From an uncultured Enterobacterales bacterium (GTDB taxonomy: Bacteria > Pseudomonadota > Gammaproteobacteria > Enterobacterales > Succinivibrionaceae): DNA of 64,000 nt. Made by a program: the position numbers and the translations under genes. Below are positions 45,672 to 55,251 of the stretch, piece after piece (positions within the stretch are counted from its first letter, which is position 1; the number at the start of each line of letters is the position of its first letter). Where the stretch lies: positions 12,655-76,654 of the forward strand of contig CAZFNS010000004.1 of the NCBI GenBank assembly GCA_964520475.1, in the 5' to 3' direction. The notes under the pieces were generated by a model. That model saw nothing but the letters and a program-made list of their open reading frames with translations. It did no database searches and had not been told where the DNA came from.

Positions 45672-46574
45672 TTACGCGCCCGGGCGCTTCGCGCCGCTCG
45701 CGAGCATCCGGTTGCGCCGCGTTCTCCGGTCGGCCCTGACCCGGCTCAGCCAGTAGATGAAGGTGCAGACGGACACGATGAACACGATGATGGTGGCCAG
45801 CGCGTTGATTTCGGGGTTGAGCCCCCTCCTGACCTTGGAGAACACCAGCACCGGCAGGGTCGAGGAATTCGGGCCGGACACGAACTGGGTGATGACCAGA
45901 TCGTCCATGGACAGCGTCAGCGCCAGGAGCCAGCCGGAAACGATCGCCGGCATGAGCGACGGCAGGATGATGTAGAAGAAGGTCTTGATGGGCCCCGCCC
46001 CCAGGTCGAGGGCCGCCTCCTCGATCGAGGTGTCGAGCGCCACCATGCGCGAGCGGACGACCACCGTCACGTAGGAGGACGTGAGGGTCACCATGGAGAT
46101 CCAGATGGTGATCATGCCCTTCTCCGGCCACCCCAGCAGATTCACCATGGCCACGAACAGCAGCAGCATGGACAGGCCGATGATGACGTCGGGCAGAACC
46201 ATCGGGGCCGTGATGAACAGCGCGAACATCGTCTCCCCCCGGAACCGGCCGATCTTGACCAGCGCGATGGCGGCGAGGGTGCCGATGACCACGGACGTGG
46301 TGGCGGAGCTGAAGGCGATGATGAGCGAGTTGAGCACCGCGTCGATCATCTGGCGGTCCGCCAGCAGCTCGAAGTACCATTTGACCGAGAAGCCGCTCCA
46401 GATCGTGACCAGCTTCGACTCGTTGAAGGAAAACACGATCAGCGAGACGATGGGCAGGTACAGGAAGGACAGCCCGAAAAAGAGAAAAACGGTCCTCAGA
46501 ACGCCGGCGCGCGTGAAGAAGCGCCGCCGCGCGCGGACGGCGGCCGGGACGACCGCCACGTTGTTTTCCGTCAT
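45672..46574 (-). CDS. potI: Putrescine ABC transporter permease
   Basis: The product is a 300-aa membrane protein with the EAA-loop IEEAALDLGAGPIKTFFYIILP. It is the last gene of the potFGHI-like cluster. Confidence 0.85.
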   Translation of the reverse strand: MTENNVAVVPAAVRARRRFFTRAGVLRTVFLFFGLSFLYLPIVSLIVFSFNESKLVTIWSGFSVKWYFELLADRQMIDAVLNSLIIAFSSATTSVVIGTLAAIALVKIGRFRGETMFALFITAPMVLPDVIIGLSMLLLFVAMVNLLGWPEKGMITIWISMVTLTSSYVTVVVRSRMVALDTSIEEAALDLGAGPIKTFFYIILPSLMPAIVSGWLLALTLSMDDLVITQFVSGPNSSTLPVLVFSKVRRGLNPEINALATIIVFIVSVCTFIYWLSRVRADRRTRRNRMLASGAKRPGA

Positions 46575-47518
46575 TGTCTCGCCCCCCGCGCCGCGGCCCG
46601 GCGCTGGTTACGGTAGAACATCATAATCGGGATGACCAGGATGAGCAGCATGATGGTCGCGAGCGCCGCGGCCAGCGGCCAGTCCCGGTTCATGAAGTAT
46701 TCGTTCCAGATGGTGCGGCCGATGAGGTTCGACCCCGGCCCGCCCAGGAGCTCCGGGATGACGTACTCGCCCACGGCCGGGATGAACACCAGCATGGAGC
46801 CGGCGACGATCCCGCTGTAGGTCTGCGGCACGAACAGCCTGAAGAAGCAGGCGGCCGGCCGGCACCCGAGGTCGTAGCCCGCCTCGATGAGGGTGTAGTC
46901 CACCCGGATGATCGCCGTGTAGAGCGGCAGGATCATGAACGGCAGGTAGGCGTACACTATGCCCACGTACACCGCGAAATCCGTGTGCAGGAGCTGGAGC
47001 GGCTCGTCGATCGCCCCGATGTACTGCAGGAAGTTGTTGAGATAGCCCTCGGGCTTGAGGATGCCCATCCACGCGTAGATGCGGATGAGGAAAGACGTCC
47101 AGCTCGGCAGCACGATCAGCATGAGCAGGACGTTCCGGGCCGCCCGGCCGAAGCTCGCGATCGCCCACGCCATCGGGTAGCCGATCGCGAGGCACAAAAG
47201 CGTCGAGATCAGGGCTATCTTGACCGACTTCAGGTACGAGTACAGGTAGGAGGAATCCTCGAAAATGCTCTGGTAGTTGCCGAGGTACAGCTCCAGGTTC
47301 AGCTTGAGCTCCTCTTTGTCGAAGGAGAGCAGCGAGGTGTACGGCGGGATGCTGTCGTCCAGGCTCTCGGCCAGGCTTATTTTCAGGATGATGAGGAAAG
47401 GCACGAAGAAAAACAGGGACATCCACAGGTACGGCAGGGCGATGACCGCGTATTTCCGCCATCCCCCGATCCTTTTAAGATGCCTCCTGCGGTTTCCCGG
47501 GCCGGACTGTCGCTTCAT
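46571..47518 (-). CDS. potH: Putrescine ABC transporter permease
   Basis: The product is a 315-aa membrane protein with the EAA-loop LIEAGYDLGCRPAACFFRLFVP. ATGA overlaps potI. Confidence 0.85.
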   Translation of the reverse strand: MKRQSGPGNRRRHLKRIGGWRKYAVIALPYLWMSLFFFVPFLIILKISLAESLDDSIPPYTSLLSFDKEELKLNLELYLGNYQSIFEDSSYLYSYLKSVKIALISTLLCLAIGYPMAWAIASFGRAARNVLLMLIVLPSWTSFLIRIYAWMGILKPEGYLNNFLQYIGAIDEPLQLLHTDFAVYVGIVYAYLPFMILPLYTAIIRVDYTLIEAGYDLGCRPAACFFRLFVPQTYSGIVAGSMLVFIPAVGEYVIPELLGGPGSNLIGRTIWNEYFMNRDWPLAAALATIMLLILVIPIMMFYRNQRRAAARGARQ

Positions 47519-47531
47519 TTCCGCGCCTCCG

Positions 47532-48716
47532 TCAGAAGGTTAACGTCACGCAGGACTCGGGATCCCAGCTGAGGAACACCCGGTCGTCCCAAGTCGGCAG
47601 GCCCTGGTTGAACCGGTCGACGTTCGGCAGCGTGGTGATGACCACCTTGCCCGAGGGCAGCCTGACGTGGTAAATCGAGATGTCGCCCATGTAGGCGATT
47701 TCGGTGACCGTGCCCTCGGCGCAGTTGTACTCCCGCGCCGCCGCGCCGCCGGCCGCCTGGGGGATCTTCTCGATGTAGATCTTTTCCGGCCTGATGGCCA
47801 CGGTGACCTCCATGCCGTCGTCGAGGTCGACGTCCAGGTCGAGATGGATGTCCCGCTCCAGATCCGGGCAGCGGATCCGCGAGCCGATATCCGGCCCCGA
47901 GGTGACCAGGGTGGATTCGAACATGTTCACGGAGCCGATGAACTCCGCCGCGAAGCAGCAGTTCGGGTTCTCGTAGATCTGCCGGGGCGGACCGACCTGG
48001 ATGAACTCGCCGCGGTTCATGATGGCGATCCTTTCGGCCATGGTCATGGCCTCTTCCTGGTCGTGGGTGACCATGATGCAGGTTACGTCCACGCTGTCGA
48101 TGATGTTCACGAGCTCGAGGCGCATCTGCTCCCTGAGTTTCTTGTCGAGGGCTCCCATCGGCTCGTCGAGGAGCAGGAGCTTCGGCTCCTTCGCGAGGGA
48201 GCGCGCGAGCGCGACGCGCTGGCGCTGCCCGCCCGACAGCTGATCGGGCTTGCGGTCCGCGAACTCCTCCATGTGCACGAGCTTCAGCATCTTGTCCACG
48301 CGCGCGGCGACGACGTCCTTGGCCAGGCGCTCCTGCTTGAGGCCGAAGGCGATGTTCTGCTTCACCGTCATGTGCGGGAACAGCGCGTACGACTGGAACA
48401 TCATGTTGAGCGGGCGCCGGTACGGCGGGATGCCGGTGAGATCCTGCCCGTCGAGGACGATGGTGCCGCTCGTGGGGTTCTCGAAGCCGGCGATCATGCG
48501 CAGCAGCGTGGACTTCCCGCACCCCGAGGAGCCGAGCAGCGCGAAAATCTCCCCTTCGTAAATGGTCAGGTCGACGTTGTCGACGGCCGTGATCTCCCCG
48601 AACTTCTTGGTGACGCCTTTGATCTCGAGAAAAGGACGGCGCGCCTTCTTCACCGGCTCGCGGGGCTTGCCGCCGCCCGCGCCGGCCCGCTCGTTTGCCT
48701 TAGCTGCTTCTGTCAA
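47532..48716 (-). CDS. potG: Putrescine ABC transporter ATPase
   Basis: The product is 394 aa. The TTG start is preceded by AGGAG 8 nt upstream. It has GSSGCGKST, LSGGQRQRVALAR and LLLDEP. Confidence 0.88.
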   Translation of the reverse strand: MTEAAKANERAGAGGGKPREPVKKARRPFLEIKGVTKKFGEITAVDNVDLTIYEGEIFALLGSSGCGKSTLLRMIAGFENPTSGTIVLDGQDLTGIPPYRRPLNMMFQSYALFPHMTVKQNIAFGLKQERLAKDVVAARVDKMLKLVHMEEFADRKPDQLSGGQRQRVALARSLAKEPKLLLLDEPMGALDKKLREQMRLELVNIIDSVDVTCIMVTHDQEEAMTMAERIAIMNRGEFIQVGPPRQIYENPNCCFAAEFIGSVNMFESTLVTSGPDIGSRIRCPDLERDIHLDLDVDLDDGMEVTVAIRPEKIYIEKIPQAAGGAAAREYNCAEGTVTEIAYMGDISIYHVRLPSGKVVITTLPNVDRFNQGLPTWDDRVFLSWDPESCVTLTF

Positions 48717-48833
48717 GATGTCTTCTCCTAAAAAAAGAGAATTAAGGGAGCCCGCTCCCTTAATTCATCGGTGTCAGCGAATTGTGCCAGCCATGTTAAG
48801 CCCTGCGCGCCAGCGCGGCCGCCCCGGAGGGGG

Positions 48834-49934
48834 TCAGCTCGACTTGACGCGGTTCCAGATCTTGTTCATCTCTTTGGTGATCTTGCGCGGATGAACCTCC
48901 GGAACCCACATCTTGCGCAGCAGATCGTCGGGGATGTAGATGTTGGGATTGTTCCTCACCTTGTCTATGACCATCGGCTCGGCCGCCTTGTTGGCGTTGT
49001 TGTACGAAACGTACGAGGCGTTCTTCGCGGCGACGTCCGGGCGCATGATGAAATCCATGAACTTGTAGGCGTTCTCGATGTGCTCCGCGTCCTTCGGGAT
49101 GGCGAACATGTCGTAGAACATGTGCGCGCCCTCGCGCGGGACCAGATACTCGATCTCGACGCCGTTCTGGGCCTCCACGGCCCGGTCCGCGGCCTGGAGC
49201 ACGTCCCCGGACCAGCCGAGGGTGATGCAGATGTCGCCGTTGGCGAGGTCGTTGATGTTCTGCGAGGAGTGGAAGTACGTGACGTTCGGCCGCATCTTCA
49301 TGAGCAGCTCCTCGGCCTTCTTATAGTCGGCGAGGTTGGTGGAGTTCGGGTTGAGGCCGAGGTAGTTGAGCGCGGTCGGGATGACCTCGGTCGGCGCGTT
49401 CAGCACCGCGACGCCGCAGTCCTTGAGCTTGGACAGCAGCTCCGGCTTGAAAATGACGTCCCAGGTCTTCATGTCGAAGTCCGGGCCGAGCCGCTCGGCG
49501 ATCATCTTCTTGTTGTAGGCGATGCCCGCGGTGCCCACGAAATACGGGATGCTGTGGGCGTTGTCCGGGTCGAGCTTGGCGATGAACTCGAGCTGCACCG
49601 GATCGATGTTCTTCAAGTTGGGCAGCTTCGACTTGTCGAGCTCGAGGTAGACGCCCGTCTTGATCTGCCTCGCCAGAAAATCGAGCCCCGGAGCCACGAT
49701 GTCGTAGTTGGTCTTGCCGGAGAGGATTTTGGCGTCCAGCACCTCGTTGCTGTCGAACACGTCGTAAACCACCTTAATGCCGGTTTCCTTCTCAAACATC
49801 GGAATTATTTCGGGGTCGATGTAGTCGCTCCAGTTATAGATGTTAAGCACTTTTTCCTCTTCCGCGCCGGCCGGGCCGAAACCGCCCAGCAGGGCGAGCG
49901 CGACCGCCGCGAAAGTCAGAGTTTTCTTGAACAT
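48834..49934 (-). CDS. potF: Putrescine-binding periplasmic protein
   Basis: The product is 366 aa. A signal peptide is followed by ...LNIYNWSDYIDPEIIPMFEKETGIKVVYDVFDSNEVL..., which is almost colinear with E. coli PotF. Confidence 0.88.
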   Translation of the reverse strand: MFKKTLTFAAVALALLGGFGPAGAEEEKVLNIYNWSDYIDPEIIPMFEKETGIKVVYDVFDSNEVLDAKILSGKTNYDIVAPGLDFLARQIKTGVYLELDKSKLPNLKNIDPVQLEFIAKLDPDNAHSIPYFVGTAGIAYNKKMIAERLGPDFDMKTWDVIFKPELLSKLKDCGVAVLNAPTEVIPTALNYLGLNPNSTNLADYKKAEELLMKMRPNVTYFHSSQNINDLANGDICITLGWSGDVLQAADRAVEAQNGVEIEYLVPREGAHMFYDMFAIPKDAEHIENAYKFMDFIMRPDVAAKNASYVSYNNANKAAEPMVIDKVRNNPNIYIPDDLLRKMWVPEVHPRKITKEMNKIWNRVKSS

Positions 49935-50148
49935 TATTCGGGTTCCTCAAAATAAACGGGTTAAGGAAAAAACCTGTCCGGGGGCGCCGTGCCGGCGTGC
50001 CTTTTCGGATATGTGCATTGTAATTTAAATCGCCTAAAATTTCGCTTTCTTTTTTAATTTTTTTGCCCGCGGCCGGCGGGCGGGAGCGGGTTCGGGAAAA
50101 CCCGGGGAAACGCGCGGCGGGAGGGCCGCGCCGGGGCGGGCCCCGGCC

Positions 50149-51693
50149 TCAGCCCGCGGACGGGGCGGGCCGCTCCGCCGGGGCCTCTTCCGCCCGGGGT
50201 TTGGCTTCCCGGTTGTGCAGCTCGTAGGATTTGCTGTAGGAGACGTAGAACTGGGACACTTTACGCACGTACCGGACCGTCTCGACGGCGTCGTGCCGGG
50301 CCGCGATCTTTTCGACGTTGTTGAACCAGACGTCGGGATCGAGGCCCTCGAGCCGCGCCTCCTTGCGGAACCGCATGATCCGCGCCGGGCCGCTGTTGTA
50401 CGACGCCAGGGCGAACAGCAGGCGGTCGCTGCCGCTGATGGACTCGTCGCTGAAATAGCTGTCGATCATGTAGCGCATGTACTTGGTCCCGGCGTGCACG
50501 TTGTTGTCGAGGTCGGTCACGCTGTTCAGATTTATGTAGCGCTCGCGGGCGGTGCGGGGCAGGACCTGCATGATGCCCACGGCGCCGCGCTTGGAGACGG
50601 CCGCGGGATTGAGCGTCGACTCCTGGTAGGCCTGCGCCATCAGGAGCTTCCAGTCGATGTCGTACTTGGCGCCGTATTTCCGGAAAATCCTTATGAACCG
50701 CTTCAGACTGTCCGGCGTGATGCCGAGCCAGTGTTTCCGCTTCGCGTACCGCGACTCGTAGGCGGGCGCCGTTCTCATGTAGCGGTCGTACACGGGCGTC
50801 CCCTGCGGCGTGCCGTCGCGGAACTTCCGCAGGAAGAGGTTGATCGTCCGGTAGAGTTCGGGGGAGTCGTGGCGCACGGCCCACACGAGCGTGCCGTTGA
50901 CCCTGATGGGCACGTCGGCGGCGAAGTTCACGTTCCCGAACAGGCGCTTCCACACGACGAGCTTGGCGTTGCTGGTGATCGTGCCCTTGATCTCGCCCCG
51001 GTCGACCATGTCCACCAGATCGGCGTCCGTCACGTACTCGTCGGCGTAAACCGCCACGGCCGGGGGCAGGTTCATGGCCTTGAGGTACGTGTTGAGATTG
51101 TTCAGGCTCTCGGCGTAGTCCGAGCTCTTCCTGATCGTGAAGTACCGGCCGGAGAAGTCCCGGATGTCCCGGATGGGCGGCTGGTTCCGGCCGGTGACGG
51201 CGATTTCCTTGATCCACAGCTTCTCGGGAACGGTGACGTCGACGTATCTCTTGAGGTCCGGGGTCGCCTGCAGGCCCACGGCGATGTCGCCGTAGCCGTC
51301 CATCACGTATTTGACGGCCTGGTCCTGGCGCACCGGGATGAAATAAATGCGGAGATTTTTCGCCTCCGCGTCCAGGGACGCGAGGAAATCGCCGAATTTC
51401 TGGAAAAGGGCGACGTAAAGCCCGTCGGGCCTGCCCTTGTTGAAGTAAAAGCCCACCTGATCGTAGGCGACGACCACCCGCAGGGCCTTCTGCCCGATCA
51501 GGGCGGGCAGATCGCCCAGCCTCTTCTCGGTGCCGCCCTCGTCCATGAGAACGCCCGCCGCCGGAGCCGGAAGAAAGAACAGCGCGGCGCACAGAGCGAG
51601 CAGGAGCGCCGCCGCGCGCGCGCGGAAACCGAGCGCGCCCGGCGCGGGCTCTACTTTATCCTCAGCTGGAAGATGATATTTTCCGCGGTGCAT
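50149..51693 (-). CDS. mltF: Membrane-bound lytic murein transglycosylase F-like (solute-binding-like N-domain plus SLT domain)
   Basis: The product is 514 aa. The C-terminal SLT motif is ...AQAYQESTLNPAAVSKRGAVGIMQVLPRTA...ALASYNSGP. There is an N-terminal signal/anchor and a periplasmic-binding-protein-like domain. Confidence 0.8.
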   Translation of the reverse strand: MHRGKYHLPAEDKVEPAPGALGFRARAAALLLALCAALFFLPAPAAGVLMDEGGTEKRLGDLPALIGQKALRVVVAYDQVGFYFNKGRPDGLYVALFQKFGDFLASLDAEAKNLRIYFIPVRQDQAVKYVMDGYGDIAVGLQATPDLKRYVDVTVPEKLWIKEIAVTGRNQPPIRDIRDFSGRYFTIRKSSDYAESLNNLNTYLKAMNLPPAVAVYADEYVTDADLVDMVDRGEIKGTITSNAKLVVWKRLFGNVNFAADVPIRVNGTLVWAVRHDSPELYRTINLFLRKFRDGTPQGTPVYDRYMRTAPAYESRYAKRKHWLGITPDSLKRFIRIFRKYGAKYDIDWKLLMAQAYQESTLNPAAVSKRGAVGIMQVLPRTARERYINLNSVTDLDNNVHAGTKYMRYMIDSYFSDESISGSDRLLFALASYNSGPARIMRFRKEARLEGLDPDVWFNNVEKIAARHDAVETVRYVRKVSQFYVSYSKSYELHNREAKPRAEEAPAERPAPSAG

Positions 51694-51935
51694 GAAAACT
51701 CGATCTTTACTTTTCTGACCAGCTCCGCGCCCTCGCCGGAGTCCTCGAAGCTCGCCTTGGCGGCGGCGGAGACCTTCTCCGCCTCGCCGGCGAGGCGCCG
51801 GTACTCTTCTTCGACTTTCTCGGGGGTTCCGGACAGCTCGCAGGTGAAAACCTGATCGTCATCGTGGATGACGGCGCCCATTTCCATGGTGCACCCGCAT
51901 TCGTAGCCGCAGTCCTTAAGCACTTCGTCAGACAT
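51651..51935 (-). CDS. yfcZ: YfcZ/DUF406-family small protein
   Basis: The product is 94 aa. The C-terminus ...KIEFSCTAENIIFQLRIK resembles E. coli YfcZ ...DFTFACEAEMLIFQLGLR. A strong Shine-Dalgarno sequence (GGGAGGTG) is present. Confidence 0.7.
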   Translation of the reverse strand: MSDEVLKDCGYECGCTMEMGAVIHDDDQVFTCELSGTPEKVEEEYRRLAGEAEKVSAAAKASFEDSGEGAELVRKVKIEFSCTAENIIFQLRIK

Positions 51936-52088
51936 AAATCACCTCCCGTCGACACAGACCATACTTTCATGGTAACACACGGAGCGCGGGGTTTCCCGCG
52001 GAAAGCCCGAAAACGGCGCAGAATTGCGAATCGAGTCCTGATCCTGAGCAAATTTTAACCGGTAAGGAGCCGGGCGGCCCGCCGGGAC

Positions 52089-52994
52089 TCAGAGCAGACA
52101 CGCGGCGGCGACGGTCAGGTTGACGAGGGCCGCCCCCAGCGAGGTCCGCTTCAGCATGGGATCCAGCGCCGCGCCGGTGTTCCCGGGCCGGACGCAGAAC
52201 AGGGCCGCGCGGGCGATCGGGATCAGGGAAAGGAGCGCGAGCGCCCTTGCGGGGGAACCGTTCCCCAGGACGGCCCCGGCCGCGCAGAGCGCCGCCCCGG
52301 CCAGCAGCAGGGCGTGGTAGATCTTGCCGTTCCGCACGCCCATGAGCACCACCAGGGATCTCTTGCCGCAGGCCCGGTCGCTCTCGAAGTCCCTGAGGTT
52401 GTTGACGTTGAGGACCATCACGGCCATGAACCCCGCCGCCGCCCCGAGGCAGACGCACGGCCGGGAGAGGGTCCCGGTTATCATGAAATAGCTGCCGAGC
52501 ACGGCCATGAGCCCGAAAAAGACGAACACGGCGGCGTCGCCCAAGCCCTTGTAACCGTAGACCAGGCCGACGGTGTAGGTTATCGCGGCGGCTATCGAGA
52601 GCGCCCCGAACAGGGCGAAAAGCAGGAAGCCCGCGGGATCGCCCGGGAAGGCGAGCGCGAGGGCGGCCGTGCCGGAAACGAGCGCCGCCGCCGTCACGGC
52701 GAAGAGGCCGCGCCGCATCTCCGCCATGGTCATCTCCCCGGACTGGAGGGCGCGGCGCGGCCCGACGCGGGTTTCGCCGTCCGCGCCCGACAGGGCGTCG
52801 CCGTAGTCGTTGGCGAAATTGGACAGGATCTGCAGGAACACGGCCGTTACCGGGATGGCGGCGGCGAGGAGCGCGGTCCGGAGGCCGGATCCGCCGGCGT
52901 CGCCGATCCCCAGGAGACAGCCCGCGAGCACGGCCGAGAGCGACAGCGGCAGCGTGCGCAGCCGCGCGGCGACAATCCACTTCCCGAGGTTCAT
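52089..52994 (-). CDS. menA: 1,4-dihydroxy-2-naphthoate polyprenyltransferase
   Basis: The product is a 301-aa polytopic UbiA-family protein with ...LQILSNFANDYGDA... and ...NNLRDFESD. Confidence 0.85.
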   Translation of the reverse strand: MNLGKWIVAARLRTLPLSLSAVLAGCLLGIGDAGGSGLRTALLAAAIPVTAVFLQILSNFANDYGDALSGADGETRVGPRRALQSGEMTMAEMRRGLFAVTAAALVSGTAALALAFPGDPAGFLLFALFGALSIAAAITYTVGLVYGYKGLGDAAVFVFFGLMAVLGSYFMITGTLSRPCVCLGAAAGFMAVMVLNVNNLRDFESDRACGKRSLVVLMGVRNGKIYHALLLAGAALCAAGAVLGNGSPARALALLSLIPIARAALFCVRPGNTGAALDPMLKRTSLGAALVNLTVAAACLL

Positions 52995-53033
52995 ACGCGT
53001 CTTTCCTTACGGCTGGGCCCGGCCGGGCGGGGC

Positions 53034-55106
53034 TCAGAGTTTCCCGTCGAGTTCCCCGATGACGGCGCGGGTCGCGTCGACTTCGGCGATCCGCACCCGG
53101 ACCGTCATGCCGAGCCGCAGCGCCGCGGCGTTCTGATCGAGGTACATCTCGCCCTTCGCGACGTTCGCGGTCAGCCTGCCCCGGCCCGGGCAGATCATGG
53201 CGCAGGGCACGAAGACCCGGGCCCCGTTCGCCGCCAGCGTCACCTTGACGCCGCCCCGCGAGACGTCGGAGACCTCGCCCTCGAACACGGTCTTTTTCGC
53301 GATCTCCGGCCGCAGATAGTCCGCGTACAGCCAGTCCCGGACCATCCTTTCGGCGGAGCGGTTCCGCTTTTTCGCCCGGTTCATCCGCGCGATGACGTCC
53401 TCCCCGGGCACGCGCGGGCGCGGGCCGCCGGTGAGGAAACTCTTGATGATGCGGTGATTCACCATGTCGCCGTACTTCCGGATCGGGGAAGTCCAGGTGG
53501 CGTAGCGCTCGAGGCCCAGGCCGAAGTGGGGCCCCGGGACCGCGGACATTTCGGCGTAGGCGGTGCAGCGCAGGATCCGGGCGTCCAGGTACGGCGTGCC
53601 GTTGTCGTAAAGCCAGCGCCTCAGCCGGCAGTACCCCTCCAGCTCCCCGACGGTTTCGAGCCCGTCCTCCGGGTACCCGGCCGACCGGAGCGCCTCGCGC
53701 GCCTCGGCGAGCCGGTCGGGCTCGATGCCGGCGTGGACGTTGAAAATCCCGGCGCCGCACTTTTCGGCCAGGAATTTGCCGGCGCGGCCGTTCGCGAGGA
53801 TCATCGCCTCCTCCACTATGGCGTTGCCGGGGCGCCGGACCGCGATCCTGATTTCCTTGAGGCCGCCCCGCTCGTTCAGGACGAACTCGTACTCGGGCTT
53901 CTCCCTGAACACGGAGGAGGTGTTTTTGCGGTACTCCCACCGCGCGAGGCTGAAATCGCGCAGCGTCTCGAGCTGCCCGCGGATCGCCGGATCGGGGGCG
54001 AAGGAGGTTTCCTTCCCCTCCAGGAGGTCGGACACGTCGTCGTAGGCCAGTTTGCCCCGGGATCTGATGTCGGCCGTCATGAACTCGACGTCCGAGGCGG
54101 GGCTCCCGTCCGGATTGACGGCGATCCGGCCCGCGAGGACGTGGCGGGGCTCGTTTTCCCGGAGCGAGCACAGGTCGTCGCTCAGCGTTCTGGTCAGCAT
54201 GGGGATGTCCATGCCGGGAAGGTAGATGGAAAAGGCCCGGTCCGCCGCGTAGGCGTCCAGGGCGTCGTCCTCCCCGATGTAGCCCGTGGGGTCGGCGATC
54301 GCCACCCACAGGTCCCAGCCCCCGCCGGGACGCTTTTCGACGAAGAGGGCGTCGTCCATGTCCCGGGTCTTGGCGGAGTCTATGGTGACGAAGGGCAGGT
54401 CCCCGAGGTCGGCCCGCGCCGCGCCCGCGCCCGTCCAGACGTATCCGGGCAAATCCTCCGGGGCGCTCCGGGGCAGATCCAGGCCGCGGAGGACCACCCA
54501 CCACGGGGTCTGCTCGTCGCCGGCGGCCGCGACGAACTCCCTTATCTCGGCCCGGTGGCCGCGCCCGCCGGTCATGGCGTGCTCCGTCAGGACGGCTATG
54601 ACCCAGTCGCCCTCCCGCAGCCTGCGGCCGCCCGGGACGCGGTTGTCGGCGTTGATGTTGAGCCCGATGTCGGGATGATCCGGAACCACGGTCAGCCTGC
54701 CCCCGACGTAGGCCACCCGGGCGACGAACCGGGACAGGAACGGCTGCACCAGGCTTATGCCGGTGACCCTGCTCCGGCCGTCCCGCGTCACCACCGTGCC
54801 GGAGATCCGGTCGCCGTGCATCAGTCTGGTCATTTCCCTGGGGGAGATGAAGAAGCTTTCCCGGGAATCGGTCTCGAGGAAGCCGAAGCCCCGCTCGTTG
54901 GCCCGGACGGTTCCCTGCTCGACGGTTCCGGCCCCGGCCGCGGCGGCCGCCGGCGCGGCGGGTTCCCCGCGCGGCCGCGCGCCGTCCCCGCCGGGACGCC
55001 CCTCGCCGGGCGCGCCGGCGCTTTTTTCGCCGGCCCCGTCCCCCGCCGCCGCGCTCTGCCGCTGCTTGAGCATCAGCAGGACGGGATTGTCTTTAAGTGA
55101 CCCCAT
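53034..55106 (-). CDS. rnb: Exoribonuclease II
   Basis: The track ORF was trimmed to the ATG at 55106. MGSLKDNPVLLMLKQ... corresponds to E. coli MFQDNPLLAQLKQ, and ...ERGFGFLE...MHGDRI... to the cold-shock domains. An RNB domain and a C-terminal S1-like domain follow. Confidence 0.88.
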   Translation of the reverse strand: MGSLKDNPVLLMLKQRQSAAAGDGAGEKSAGAPGEGRPGGDGARPRGEPAAPAAAAAGAGTVEQGTVRANERGFGFLETDSRESFFISPREMTRLMHGDRISGTVVTRDGRSRVTGISLVQPFLSRFVARVAYVGGRLTVVPDHPDIGLNINADNRVPGGRRLREGDWVIAVLTEHAMTGGRGHRAEIREFVAAAGDEQTPWWVVLRGLDLPRSAPEDLPGYVWTGAGAARADLGDLPFVTIDSAKTRDMDDALFVEKRPGGGWDLWVAIADPTGYIGEDDALDAYAADRAFSIYLPGMDIPMLTRTLSDDLCSLRENEPRHVLAGRIAVNPDGSPASDVEFMTADIRSRGKLAYDDVSDLLEGKETSFAPDPAIRGQLETLRDFSLARWEYRKNTSSVFREKPEYEFVLNERGGLKEIRIAVRRPGNAIVEEAMILANGRAGKFLAEKCGAGIFNVHAGIEPDRLAEAREALRSAGYPEDGLETVGELEGYCRLRRWLYDNGTPYLDARILRCTAYAEMSAVPGPHFGLGLERYATWTSPIRKYGDMVNHRIIKSFLTGGPRPRVPGEDVIARMNRAKKRNRSAERMVRDWLYADYLRPEIAKKTVFEGEVSDVSRGGVKVTLAANGARVFVPCAMICPGRGRLTANVAKGEMYLDQNAAALRLGMTVRVRIAEVDATRAVIGELDGKL

Positions 55107-55251
55107 ACTTTGTTCCGCCGTTGTTTCGATGTGCCCGCTTTTATAGCAGATTTGCCCCGGCAAGTCAACACGGGCCGGGCGGGCGGGACGCCCGGAAAAA
55201 AAGGGGTTCCCGCGGCGGCGGGAACCCCTCCGGCCCGGGCCGTCCCGGGGC

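Noticed and set aside
51651-51693. There is a 43-nt overlap between the yfcZ 3' end and the mltF 5' end, which could indicate a frameshift or mis-start.
   Set aside because: I found no alternative in-frame start codon (ATG/GTG/TTG) for mltF upstream of its signal-anchor segment, and both products look intact. It is probably a genuine small overlap or an unresolved start, and is not evidence of a pseudogene.
51967-55100. An 845-aa minus ORF (51967..54504) and a 928-aa plus ORF (52314..55100) span menA and rnb.
   Set aside because: They cut across two well-recognised genes (menA, rnb) in wrong frames or on the wrong strand, and their composition is typical of off-frame GC-rich sequence.
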